Position numbers and translations under genes: made by a program
Notes under the pieces: model-generated
The model's database searches: none
What the model was told of the DNA's origin: nothing
Seen by the model: the letters and a program-made list of their open reading frames with translations, nothing else
NCBI GenBank assembly: GCA_963674865.2
Contig: CAXXYE010000008.1
Coordinates: 320,001-384,000 of the forward strand
Source of the DNA: Candidatus Hydrogenedentota bacterium
GTDB lineage: Bacteria; Hydrogenedentota; Hydrogenedentia; Hydrogenedentales; SLHB01
Length of the DNA stretch: 64,000 nucleotides
Reading direction: 5' to 3'
Shown: one piece after another, positions 1-7,730 of the stretch
Position numbering within the stretch: the first letter of the stretch is position 1
Layout: every line of letters starts with the position of its first letter

Positions 1-2
1 GC

Positions 3-1337
3 ACGTATGAATGGACCATCCCGTTGGAGATGGAACCAAGTCACGATTACAAGATCCAGATCCTCGACGTCAATTATCCCAGCGTGCACGACGAGAGCGA
101 CTCACCGTTCGGGATCAACTGCCCTCCCGACGCTCCCTCTAACGTCGTCGCCTCGGATGGCGAAATCCAACGCGTATTGATCACTTGGGACTCCGTGGAC
201 ACTGCCGTCGAGTACGAAATCTACCGGAGCGAGGAAGACGACCCGGCCACGGCCGAACTCCTTGCCACCACCAGCACCACGTCGTACAAGGATACAACCG
301 CCGAAGGCCCCACAACGCTTCGCGAGAGCCCCTTTGGCTGCTCCGGGGCCCGAGTCATGAAGGTCTACTATTACTGGGTGAAGTCGGTGAATAACTGCAG
401 CGCGAGCGACTTCAGCCTATCCGATTCCGGCCATCGTGACCGCAATACACTGAAGGAGTCCGTTTATGAAAAGGCCCTGCCTTCCTGGCCGGGAGACGAG
501 GAGAACATGAGCCTGGCCTGGCCGGACTCGACGCTCAGCCTCCGTCTTCGGAGCGAGGAAGGGATCCAACCTGACTCCGTCTGGGGCATCGTCCAATGGG
601 CTGACGGCGAAAGCAGGACGGTCACGTGGCTCCCGCTCGAGGAGGGTGACGGGTGGGTGGTCTATATGCCCGAGATTGCCTGGCAGCTTGGCGATATCAT
701 AGAGATGACCGTGGGAGCGGCCAATGCGCTCGGGGACCCGATCGGCCCCGAGTCATGGCGTTTCGAGGTGGTGGAACCCGGGGCTGCGGGTCCGGGCAAA
801 GACATTGTCGAGGTGTGGCAGCCTGACCACAGTGACCTTGGCGCCATAGGAATGGACATCGTCGACGCGGACCTAGGTATCGCAGCGGTGTCCACGCCGT
901 TGGCCGGGCTGGGAGTGCCTGAGCTGCCTGAATCCGTCGGTTTGCCGTACTTGGTGGGGCCGGAGGAACCGTACAGTGTGGCGCAGTGGGTGTGGTTGCC
1001 GTTGCCAGAAGGCACAGCGCCTGGCGACGTCGCCCTCTGGTATTACCACCCTGCGACCCTCGACGCGGGGTGGTATGCTGCCGACCGCGTTGAGGGGTGG
1101 CTCGCGTCAGAGGAGTTTTCCGTACGTGAGTTCCACGGCACGGTATATCTGGGCTTCCTCGTGCGTCACGGAGGTGTCGCCCAGCTTGCCACCCAGGACG
1201 CCGAGGTGCAGGTGTCAGCTTCCGCCGCAGTCCTTCCTGGTGACATCATCATACTGGTTTTTGTCATCATGATGCTGGCTGCCCTGGGAAGACCGGTCCG
1301 AGCTCGCTTCACAAGGCCAAGGAAACGTCTCGGCTAA
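3..1337 (+). CDS. Secreted/surface protein, 5'-partial: fibronectin type III-like domain and C-terminal membrane anchor
   Basis: Frame is open from position 3 (TYEWTIPLEMEPSHDYKIQI). FN3-like segment PDAPSNVVASDG..VLITWDSV..YEIYRS..YYYWVKSVN. Hydrophobic C-terminal helix followed by a basic tail. Confidence 0.75.
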   Translation, partial: TYEWTIPLEMEPSHDYKIQILDVNYPSVHDESDSPFGINCPPDAPSNVVASDGEIQRVLITWDSVDTAVEYEIYRSEEDDPATAELLATTSTTSYKDTTAEGPTTLRESPFGCSGARVMKVYYYWVKSVNNCSASDFSLSDSGHRDRNTLKESVYEKALPSWPGDEENMSLAWPDSTLSLRLRSEEGIQPDSVWGIVQWADGESRTVTWLPLEEGDGWVVYMPEIAWQLGDIIEMTVGAANALGDPIGPESWRFEVVEPGAAGPGKDIVEVWQPDHSDLGAIGMDIVDADLGIAAVSTPLAGLGVPELPESVGLPYLVGPEEPYSVAQWVWLPLPEGTAPGDVALWYYHPATLDAGWYAADRVEGWLASEEFSVREFHGTVYLGFLVRHGGVAQLATQDAEVQVSASAAVLPGDIIILVFVIMMLAALGRPVRARFTRPRKRLG

Positions 1338-1408
1338 GGGGCCATCTCGAAAGCGCCAAGGCAAGGCCGACGAGATGCCGGTCATTCATGGCGTGCGGCA
1401 ACAATGGG

Positions 1409-1520
1409 TGTGGGCCCCGAAAACCGGTGGCGTGCTCCCCCGCAAACTGGTCCATGTACTATGAGAGTTTCCAGTCGGCTTGACGGTCCCCGAAAACTGA
1501 TCCACTAGGCGCTGGAGGAA
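1409..1520. mobile_element. Cluster of three IS terminal-repeat-like sequences
   Basis: TGTGGGCCCCGAAAACC (1409), TGGCGTGCTCCCCCGCAAACTGGTCCA (1428) and TGACGGTCCCCGAAAACTGATCCA (1481). All begin TG and lie just 3' of an IS3 transposase remnant. Confidence 0.5.
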
Positions 1521-1565
1521 ATCGCGGTAGGCGCCTCCTGGTTGCCGGTTGCGGCCCGCGCGTAT

Positions 1566-1945
1566 TCACTGGGGGGCATGCCCCCCCAGTGAGCGATGGG
1601 ACCTTATTTCATTGTAGTTTATCCGCCACTTCTCCAGCTTGTCGCGCGCATCGCCCAGGCTGAAGAAGAGATTCACGTTGAGACATTCGTCCCTTAGTTT
1701 GCCATTAAGGGACTCTATGTGCTCGTTGTCCGTAGGGCGCCCTGGCCTGATGAATTCCAGCTGAATTCCGTGGCGGTAGGCCAAGCATCCATCGCCTTGC
1801 CGTAGAACTCGGAGCCGTTATCCACCTGAATACTGCGCGGGGCGCCGCGTTGCCTGCGAATGCGTTCAAGGTAAGCCACCACGTGCTCTCCCGTCAAGGA
1901 AAAGCCGGGCACGACTGCGAGCGATTCTCGTGTGTACATATCCAA
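1566..1945 (-). pseudogene. IS3-family transposase OrfB C-terminal fragment, frameshifted
   Basis: Two overlapping frames: RESLA..PRSIQVDNGSEF and FIRPGRPTDNEHIESLNGKLRDECLN..YNEIRSHRSLG (rve core). OrfA and the OrfB N-terminus are missing. Confidence 0.9.
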
Positions 1946-1961
1946 TACGTGAACACCACAC

Positions 1962-1996
1962 TCTGAAATCTGAGATCTGAACTGTGAGATCTCAGC
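1962..1996. repeat. Degenerate 7-bp tandem repeat (TCTGARA-like x5)
   Basis: tctgaaa tctgaga tctgaac tgtgaga tctcagc. Confidence 0.6.
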
Positions 1997-2031
1997 CGTC
2001 AGTCCACTCTACGCCCCAGGAGCCGCCCGGA

Positions 2032-2095
2032 GTCCCTTTCCGTCCTCTCGGCCCGTGCCGTCCTCGAAGTCCCTTCAGCCCCTTGTGTCCCCTTT
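2032..2095. repeat. Degenerate ~9-bp tandem repeat (GTCCCTTNN-like x7)
   Basis: gtccctttcc gtcctctcg gcccgtgcc gtcctcgaa gtcccttca gccccttgt gtccccttt. Confidence 0.6.
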
Positions 2096-3619
2096 CCTGT
2101 CGCTGGCCACAAACCCAAACGCGTAGAGCTTGCAGTCGCGCATAATGAAGCGCAGCCGCACTGGTTTTCCGGAGAGGGGTAGAACCGTCTCTCGATCTCC
2201 CCAGGCAACAGGCATGCGGACCGAGTTGCCACACAGAAGCGTAGCCTCGGTTTGCGTGTAGCCGGGAATGGGCGCACCTGCTTCATCCAACACCTCAACC
2301 TGCAGAACGCCTCCGCCGCCGGTGTCGACATTCACTTCGAGCTTGTCCCCCTCAAAGGAAAGGAGGTGCGTCGTAAGCTCTCCGCCGCTGTAGTCGGCAT
2401 CGGCGGACACAAAACCGTCAAGTCGCATGATGGCCAAGCCTATACCGCTCAGGGAATCTGAGGCATTTGGATCAATGTAGCCATCGTGGTCCCTATTCCT
2501 GCCTACGTAGTAGAACCATAACTCATCACCCATTCGCACCGGGTTCGGGATTGCCCAGACTATTCTGGAATCAAAGGCACCGGCGGGCCCGAGCGTGAGA
2601 AACGGCTTGCGGCCGCCGGCACGCCGAAAATCAACGCCATTGCGGCTGACGGCCAGGCGCACATCTATCGTCGCGGGGCCTAGTCTCTCGCCTTTGCGAA
2701 GGTCTTCTTTGCCATCCTTGCCCCAGCGTTCGTTCGGGGGGCGCCGCTTGAAGTGCCAGAATGGCTGACTCAACATGATGTAGACGCCGTCTGGATCGGG
2801 ATACCTGAACACGGCCGCACCATAATAGTCAACCGGAGGTTTCGGGGTTGGCGACGTGTAGATGGCGTTGTCCGCCGCATCAGCCTGCATGACAATGGTT
2901 TCGTTCTCCCAGTGCTGCAAGTCGTCCGATTCAAAGCGCCGAACCACCCTGGATCGAGCCGGTGTACCGGCATTCGGGTTCTGACGCGTATAAAGAACGT
3001 ACCTCTCAATCCGCGTATCCCAAAAGGCAATGTTCTGTGTATCGCAGGCCCCAATATCCAAATGCTGCCAAAGAGTCCAGGAGATCCCGTCCGCGGAGTG
3101 GTAGCAATACAACCGCCCTTCGTTCGGCGCATTGTATCCCTTACATTGGCTCCGGTAGCGCTGGTCTTTGGGGGCGCGAGGGTCGATCCAGACGGCGCTG
3201 CCGCCTATTTTGCTCTCCATGACGATGTTATTCTCTTTCGAGCCGTCAAGCACGTGCAGTCCCAGGGAGGGCTTGGCAAAATGAATGCCATCGGTGGACT
3301 CAGCATAGGCCACCTGTACGGAGTCGCCAAATCGGAAGTCGTACCAAAGCCGAATCTTCTCCCCTTCCTTGAGCAGACTGCAGCAAGCGCCGATGTGTCC
3401 CTTCACCGCCTTCTCCCATGGCGCATCGGCCAGCAGGACAGTCCGGCCGGTCCGAGAGGGAGCATTCATGGTGAATGCAACGCCCGTACTGGACTCGACG
3501 AGATCACGGTCAACAAACAGCTGTCTTCGTGACCCGATGTCTATGACCGTCTCCGCGTGAGAAGGTGTCGCATCGGCCCACACTACCAAACACATCACAA
3601 GAACAAGGATCGGGAACAC
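2075..3619 (-). CDS. Secreted five-bladed beta-propeller glycoside hydrolase-like protein (GH32/43/68 clan-like)
   Basis: 514-aa ORF with signal peptide. Motifs RRQLFVD, YAESTDGIHFAKP, SADGISW, LAVSRNG, GLAIMRLDGFVS and a C-terminal LRFIMRDCKLYAF domain. Confidence 0.75.
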   Translation of the reverse strand: MFPILVLVMCLVVWADATPSHAETVIDIGSRRQLFVDRDLVESSTGVAFTMNAPSRTGRTVLLADAPWEKAVKGHIGACCSLLKEGEKIRLWYDFRFGDSVQVAYAESTDGIHFAKPSLGLHVLDGSKENNIVMESKIGGSAVWIDPRAPKDQRYRSQCKGYNAPNEGRLYCYHSADGISWTLWQHLDIGACDTQNIAFWDTRIERYVLYTRQNPNAGTPARSRVVRRFESDDLQHWENETIVMQADAADNAIYTSPTPKPPVDYYGAAVFRYPDPDGVYIMLSQPFWHFKRRPPNERWGKDGKEDLRKGERLGPATIDVRLAVSRNGVDFRRAGGRKPFLTLGPAGAFDSRIVWAIPNPVRMGDELWFYYVGRNRDHDGYIDPNASDSLSGIGLAIMRLDGFVSADADYSGGELTTHLLSFEGDKLEVNVDTGGGGVLQVEVLDEAGAPIPGYTQTEATLLCGNSVRMPVAWGDRETVLPLSGKPVRLRFIMRDCKLYAFGFVASDRKGDTRG

Positions 3620-3738
3620 AGCATTCTCCCTCCGTCAGCACATACCTGCACCATCCGGCATACGCAACGCCGACTTGACCAAACAACCGCACAAGGACAT
3701 CAGAGACCTGCATTTGATTAAGGGAATGGGCGACCGGA

Positions 3739-5121
3739 CTACTTGCGCGCCGTGCAGTGGAGCCCGTACAACCGCGCCTGGCAAAGGTACACGCGTAGGA
3801 CGATGGTGCGGCCCGCAAGGGCGTCCATCGAGGCGTTGTCCTGCCACCGGGGTTCCCAGGAACCCTCGCTGGCACCGCGCAGCGTCTCGGAGAGGTATCC
3901 GGGGACGGGCGTGCCGCTGTCGTCGATCACTTCCACCCACGCCGAGCCGGCGCCGATGTGGTGGTCGCCTTCGCCGGCGGCGATGCGTGCGTTCACGTTG
4001 AGCCGTAGCGCACCGCCCGGCCACTCGAACGGCTTGGTCTCGATGTATCCCTCGACGGGTCCCGCTTCGAGCGCAACAAGCCGGTCTTTCGGCATCACTG
4101 CACACCCGATGGCCCCGCGCCGATGGGGATACAGCCCGGGCCAGACCTTTTGGTGCGCGCCGTTGCGGCCCTCGAAGAAGAAGTGCAGCGTGTCGCCAAT
4201 GTCCACAGGCGCGGATGGGAACGGGCATACCCACCGGCTGTCCCATGCGCCTTCAGGACCGCGCGGAAGGAAAATCGTGCGCGAGCGGTTCCACGTCACC
4301 GTGTCGTGGCTTGACACCAGTTCCGTGTCGATCACATCGGGCGTGGTCCAGAGCCGCTGAACAACGCCAAGGTATTGGTCGCGGTATTTGAACGCGTGCA
4401 TCCCGTAAAACTGGAGGTCCCACGAGTCTTCCAGTTCGGGTTCGAGCATGGGCTCCGGCTTGGACCAGTGGAAGAGGTCCGGGCTGTCCAGCCGCCAGAT
4501 GATACGGCGCCGGAACGTGGCGTTATTCTCCTCGGACTTGCGCGAGAACGCCACAAACGGGCGTTCCAAGCCGGGCGCGTGGAGCAGTGTGGTTCGATCA
4601 CTCACGTCGATCGTGACCGGTTCCTCGCGCACGTCCCAATGGATGCCATCGGGCGAGAAGGCCACGTAGAGGCCCGTGCCGTTGAAGTGCGCACACGTGA
4701 GGCATTTATACCGGCGGGCAGAATCGGGCTCGTGCTCATCGTGAATCACGGTGCTTGTGCCGTACCAGTCCATGCCCGGCGCCATCAACACGATGTTTGT
4801 TCCGCGGCCCCCTTCACACTTGTACAAGCCCAGGTCGGGCTTCGTCCAGTGGACGCCGTCCCGGCTTTCGGCGTAGCAGAGGACGGATTTCCACGGGCTC
4901 CTCAGACGCAGCGCCGCGGTGTGGTACCACATCCGATAGCCGTTTCCTTCTTCTGCCGGCAAAACGCAGCCGTTCGCGCAGACGCACTCGTGTTCCCACG
5001 GCCGATCCGGTCCAAGGACTTCGCCATACTTAGTCGGTTGTTCAAACACGCGCGAAAGGCGTACCGCCCGCGCGATCGCGTCATCGTCGAAGAACAATAC
5101 CGTGTCTGATGCGGCGAACAT
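3739..5121 (-). CDS. Five-bladed beta-propeller glycoside hydrolase-like protein (paralog of neighbour, no obvious signal peptide)
   Basis: YAESRDGVHWTKP, SPDGIHW, QFYGM and the same C-terminal domain. ATG at 5121 is preceded by GGGAG. Confidence 0.75.
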   Translation of the reverse strand: MFAASDTVLFFDDDAIARAVRLSRVFEQPTKYGEVLGPDRPWEHECVCANGCVLPAEEGNGYRMWYHTAALRLRSPWKSVLCYAESRDGVHWTKPDLGLYKCEGGRGTNIVLMAPGMDWYGTSTVIHDEHEPDSARRYKCLTCAHFNGTGLYVAFSPDGIHWDVREEPVTIDVSDRTTLLHAPGLERPFVAFSRKSEENNATFRRRIIWRLDSPDLFHWSKPEPMLEPELEDSWDLQFYGMHAFKYRDQYLGVVQRLWTTPDVIDTELVSSHDTVTWNRSRTIFLPRGPEGAWDSRWVCPFPSAPVDIGDTLHFFFEGRNGAHQKVWPGLYPHRRGAIGCAVMPKDRLVALEAGPVEGYIETKPFEWPGGALRLNVNARIAAGEGDHHIGAGSAWVEVIDDSGTPVPGYLSETLRGASEGSWEPRWQDNASMDALAGRTIVLRVYLCQARLYGLHCTARK

Positions 5122-5235
5122 CAAGCAAACTCCCGAACATCCTGAGGACGTGATCCCCTTCCATGGCATGACGTTGTGCCTCGCATTTAATGGAGCGTCC
5201 AACATTAACCTGGCTTTCTCAGCCCATATTGAGGT

Positions 5236-5724
5236 TCAGTGTGTCAACTCAGCGAACTGGTCGCGGGGGTAATTGTAATCTATGGCTCTGAAAGGAGTCC
5301 TATTGAGTTGGAGAGTCGCTTCTTCAAGAGAGCAGTTGTTTTCAGTGAGCATGTATTTGGCCAGATTGATCATATCCGTCATCGAGCCAGTCACGGAACG
5401 ATTGAGGCCTTTGGTCAAGAGCATTTCGTAGATCTCCGCCTCGAGATGTTGTCTGAAGACATCGCCGAAGTTGTCGGTCAGCATCTGCCGTTCTAGATAA
5501 CGGAGAAGTCCGTTGGCGAACTGCTCCTTGGTTTCCAGTCCATTGGCAGGAGCGAAGAAGGAATATAGGGACGCCGTGTTGGTGATGAGCATCACCGATA
5601 CGTCTTCGTAGAGTTCAAACGCCCGGCATGTCCAGTCTGCGGCGGGATTGGCTCCCAAAGGTAATGTATCCATGGGAGCGATTTTGAGCTGTTTGGCCAG
5701 CTTGCCAGTCACGCGCACTATCAT
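5236..5724 (-). CDS. Hypothetical protein, DUF6933-like; IS passenger gene
   Basis: MIVRVTGKLAKQLK..ADWTCRAF..LITNTASLYSF..NRSVTGSMTD..LNRTPF..YP pattern resembles DUF6933 from memory. Its ATG overlaps the transposase stop (ATGA). Confidence 0.65.
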   Translation of the reverse strand: MIVRVTGKLAKQLKIAPMDTLPLGANPAADWTCRAFELYEDVSVMLITNTASLYSFFAPANGLETKEQFANGLLRYLERQMLTDNFGDVFRQHLEAEIYEMLLTKGLNRSVTGSMTDMINLAKYMLTENNCSLEEATLQLNRTPFRAIDYNYPRDQFAELTH

Positions 5725-6764
5725 GCGGCCTCGCTCCATTCATAGCGATGGTGAAGTCCGCCTACGCGAGGCATTTCAACCAGGCGCGAGGCGGGAGATG
5801 CCCGCATTGATACGGGACGTCTTGTGGGCGTTTCCTTCCCAAGGCCCAAATGCGTTCGGTCTTCGTGATAGTACGCGAAGTATGAGCGAAGGATTCGACG
5901 CAGATGGTCTCCATTGAACACGATCACATGGTCCAGGCATTCCCGGCGAATGCTCCCATGAAGTCGTTCGACATACGGGTTCTGCCAGGGGCTGTGGTAT
6001 GCGGTCAGTACCTCTTCTATGCCCATCGATTGGACGCGCCTTCGAAAGCACTCTTCGTAGATGCTATCTCTGTCCCGAAGCAAGTACCTGGGCGCAGTAT
6101 CCCACGGGAACGCCTCGACAATCTGTTGCGCTGTCCATTCAGCTGTGGGATTCGCTGTTACGTTGAAGTGAAGCACACGGCGTCGGGCGTGACTCAGGAT
6201 AATGAAGACGAATAGCAGCCGAAATCGAATGGTCGGGACGACGAGGAAGTCTACCCCAACCATGTCCGGCATATGATTCGCAATGAAGGCGCGCCAGGTC
6301 TGCGAGGGTGGTCTCCTTCTGTGCCGACGCAGCAAGTTGGAGACCGTCCGCTCAGAGACGACAATGCCAAGCTCGAGCAACTCGCCGTGAATCTTGGGAG
6401 CACCCCACAGCGGATTGGCATCGGCCATCTTGAGGATGAGCGACCGCACATCAGAATCCAGCGCGGGTCTTCCGCGTTTGCCTGTCCGAGACTTCCGGCG
6501 CCAGTAGCGCTTGAAGGCCTTCTTGTGCCACCGCACAACCGTGTCCGGCTTCACAATCAGAAGGGCGTCTCGCCATCCCGCCCACATACGGGACAGCAGC
6601 ACCCAGAACAGTCGGTCACGCTCTTTGAGCTTGGGGCGATTCTGGTTTCGCTTGAGCACGATGAGTTGCTGGCGAAGGGCGAGGTTCTCAGCCGTCAGAT
6701 TCGCGATGATGTTGAGCTTGTGAGCCAGCCATTCACAGCCGTTTCTGAGCAATTCGAGCATCAT
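5721..6764 (-). CDS. DDE transposase (integrase core domain)
   Basis: AENLALRQQL, WGAPKIHGEL, DFLVV, LLRDRDSIY, QNPYVERLHGSIRRECLD, GGLHHRY. Confidence 0.92.
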   Translation of the reverse strand: MMLELLRNGCEWLAHKLNIIANLTAENLALRQQLIVLKRNQNRPKLKERDRLFWVLLSRMWAGWRDALLIVKPDTVVRWHKKAFKRYWRRKSRTGKRGRPALDSDVRSLILKMADANPLWGAPKIHGELLELGIVVSERTVSNLLRRHRRRPPSQTWRAFIANHMPDMVGVDFLVVPTIRFRLLFVFIILSHARRRVLHFNVTANPTAEWTAQQIVEAFPWDTAPRYLLRDRDSIYEECFRRRVQSMGIEEVLTAYHSPWQNPYVERLHGSIRRECLDHVIVFNGDHLRRILRSYFAYYHEDRTHLGLGKETPTRRPVSMRASPASRLVEMPRVGGLHHRYEWSEAA

Positions 6765-6830
6765 TGAAGCTTACTCCAAGGATGACGTAAGTTCAATGAC
6801 AGCAATGGGTACGAATAAATGCGAGCGACA

Positions 6831-7004
6831 GGTCTTGGTGGGGAGTTGTGTGTCGAGAACACCGGACGCCAGGGATGTTTCCAGGTTCCGGAGCCGCTCC
6901 TTTGCTACCTGGTAGGATGTGGTTTCCAGCGACCGTCGGCGTTCCTTGCCGCCTGAGTAGTAGACCGCATAGTACGTTTTTCCGCGTTTGATGAGACCAG
7001 CCAT
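6831..7004 (-). pseudogene. N-terminal fragment of a phage-type tyrosine integrase truncated by the IS
   Basis: Strong RBS (GAGGAGG), then MAGLIKRGKTYYAVYYSGGKERRRSLETTSYQVAKERLRNLE (integrase N-terminal-like). Located beside the tRNA 3' end and cut at the IS terminus. Confidence 0.7.
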
Positions 7005-7094
7005 TGCGCAACCTCCTCTGGTCGTGTAGACCACGTTGAGTTAGGCGATGTGCGCAACCGACTGTGTCCTCCTTTCATACCCGGCAAAATCTTC

Positions 7095-7116
7095 ACTGTA
7101 CAATTTACTGTACAAT
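7095..7116. repeat. Direct repeat ACTGTACAAT x2 (candidate integrase arm-type sites)
   Basis: actgtacaat-tt-actgtacaat between the tRNA terminator and the integrase fragment. Confidence 0.5.
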
Positions 7117-7132
7117 GGCCGTTTTTTGGCAC

Positions 7133-7166
7133 AAAAAAAGGACTTACGGATTTCCGTAAGTCCTTT
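7133..7166 (-). terminator. Rho-independent terminator after tRNA-fMet
   Basis: On the minus strand, AAAGGACTTACGG-AAAT-CCGTAAGTCCTTT followed by a T run. Confidence 0.85.
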
Positions 7167-7175
7167 GATACCAAT

Positions 7176-7252
<77 letters not shown>

Positions 7253-7265
7253 ATCGCGAAATGGC

Positions 7266-7294
7266 ATGATAGCAGAAAAACACCTCTTCGTCAA
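7266..7294 (-). promoter_or_regulatory. Sigma70 promoter of tRNA-fMet
   Basis: Minus strand TTGACG-N17-TATCAT with a TG extension, just upstream of the tRNA. Confidence 0.7.
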
Positions 7295-7494
7295 ACGTGT
7301 GGCGGAATGATTCGTTTGAGCCCCGGCCTTCGCATGCTCTGTGCTTGGGAATCACCCGGTTGTCGCGGGTTGCGATCTGTTGCGGCTGCCGTAGGGCCCG
7401 CCTGTTGGCGCGTTAACGCGGGAATTGCTACACTCCGGAGCAGGTTGACGTGGATACGGGGGCCCGCTCGTGCGTGGCCTATCGAACGGAGGAT

Positions 7495-7701
7495 ATGCTT
7501 GTGATCTATGTGCGAACCTTCAAGGGCTATGAGGATAAGGTGCGGGATATCGACAACGCGGTCAACGAATGGATTCACGCCAACCAAGTCGAGGCTGTAG
7601 ACGTCAAGACGGTAATGAGTCATGAGGCCGGGTCGCGTGCGGGGTCCGGCGATCTTATTTACACGGTGCTGTATCGGGCGGAGCATCCTCTGCCGGACTA
7701 G
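7495..7701 (+). CDS. Small hypothetical protein
   Basis: GGAGGA adjacent to ATG. 68-aa alpha/beta pattern (VRTFK..IDNAVNEWI..LIYTVLY). Confidence 0.7.
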   Translation: MLVIYVRTFKGYEDKVRDIDNAVNEWIHANQVEAVDVKTVMSHEAGSRAGSGDLIYTVLYRAEHPLPD

Positions 7702-7730
7702 GCCCAGGAGTCCGGCCCGAAAGCGCGCCC

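Larger units (their letters stand above)
5175..6830 (-). mobile_element. IS481-like insertion sequence (TGT...ACA ends) carrying transposase plus one passenger gene
   Basis: Imperfect terminal inverted repeats: TGTGCCTCGCATTTA at 5175 and TAAATGCGAGCGACA ending at 6830 (reverse complement TGTCGCTCGCATTTA). They enclose a DDE transposase. Confidence 0.7.
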
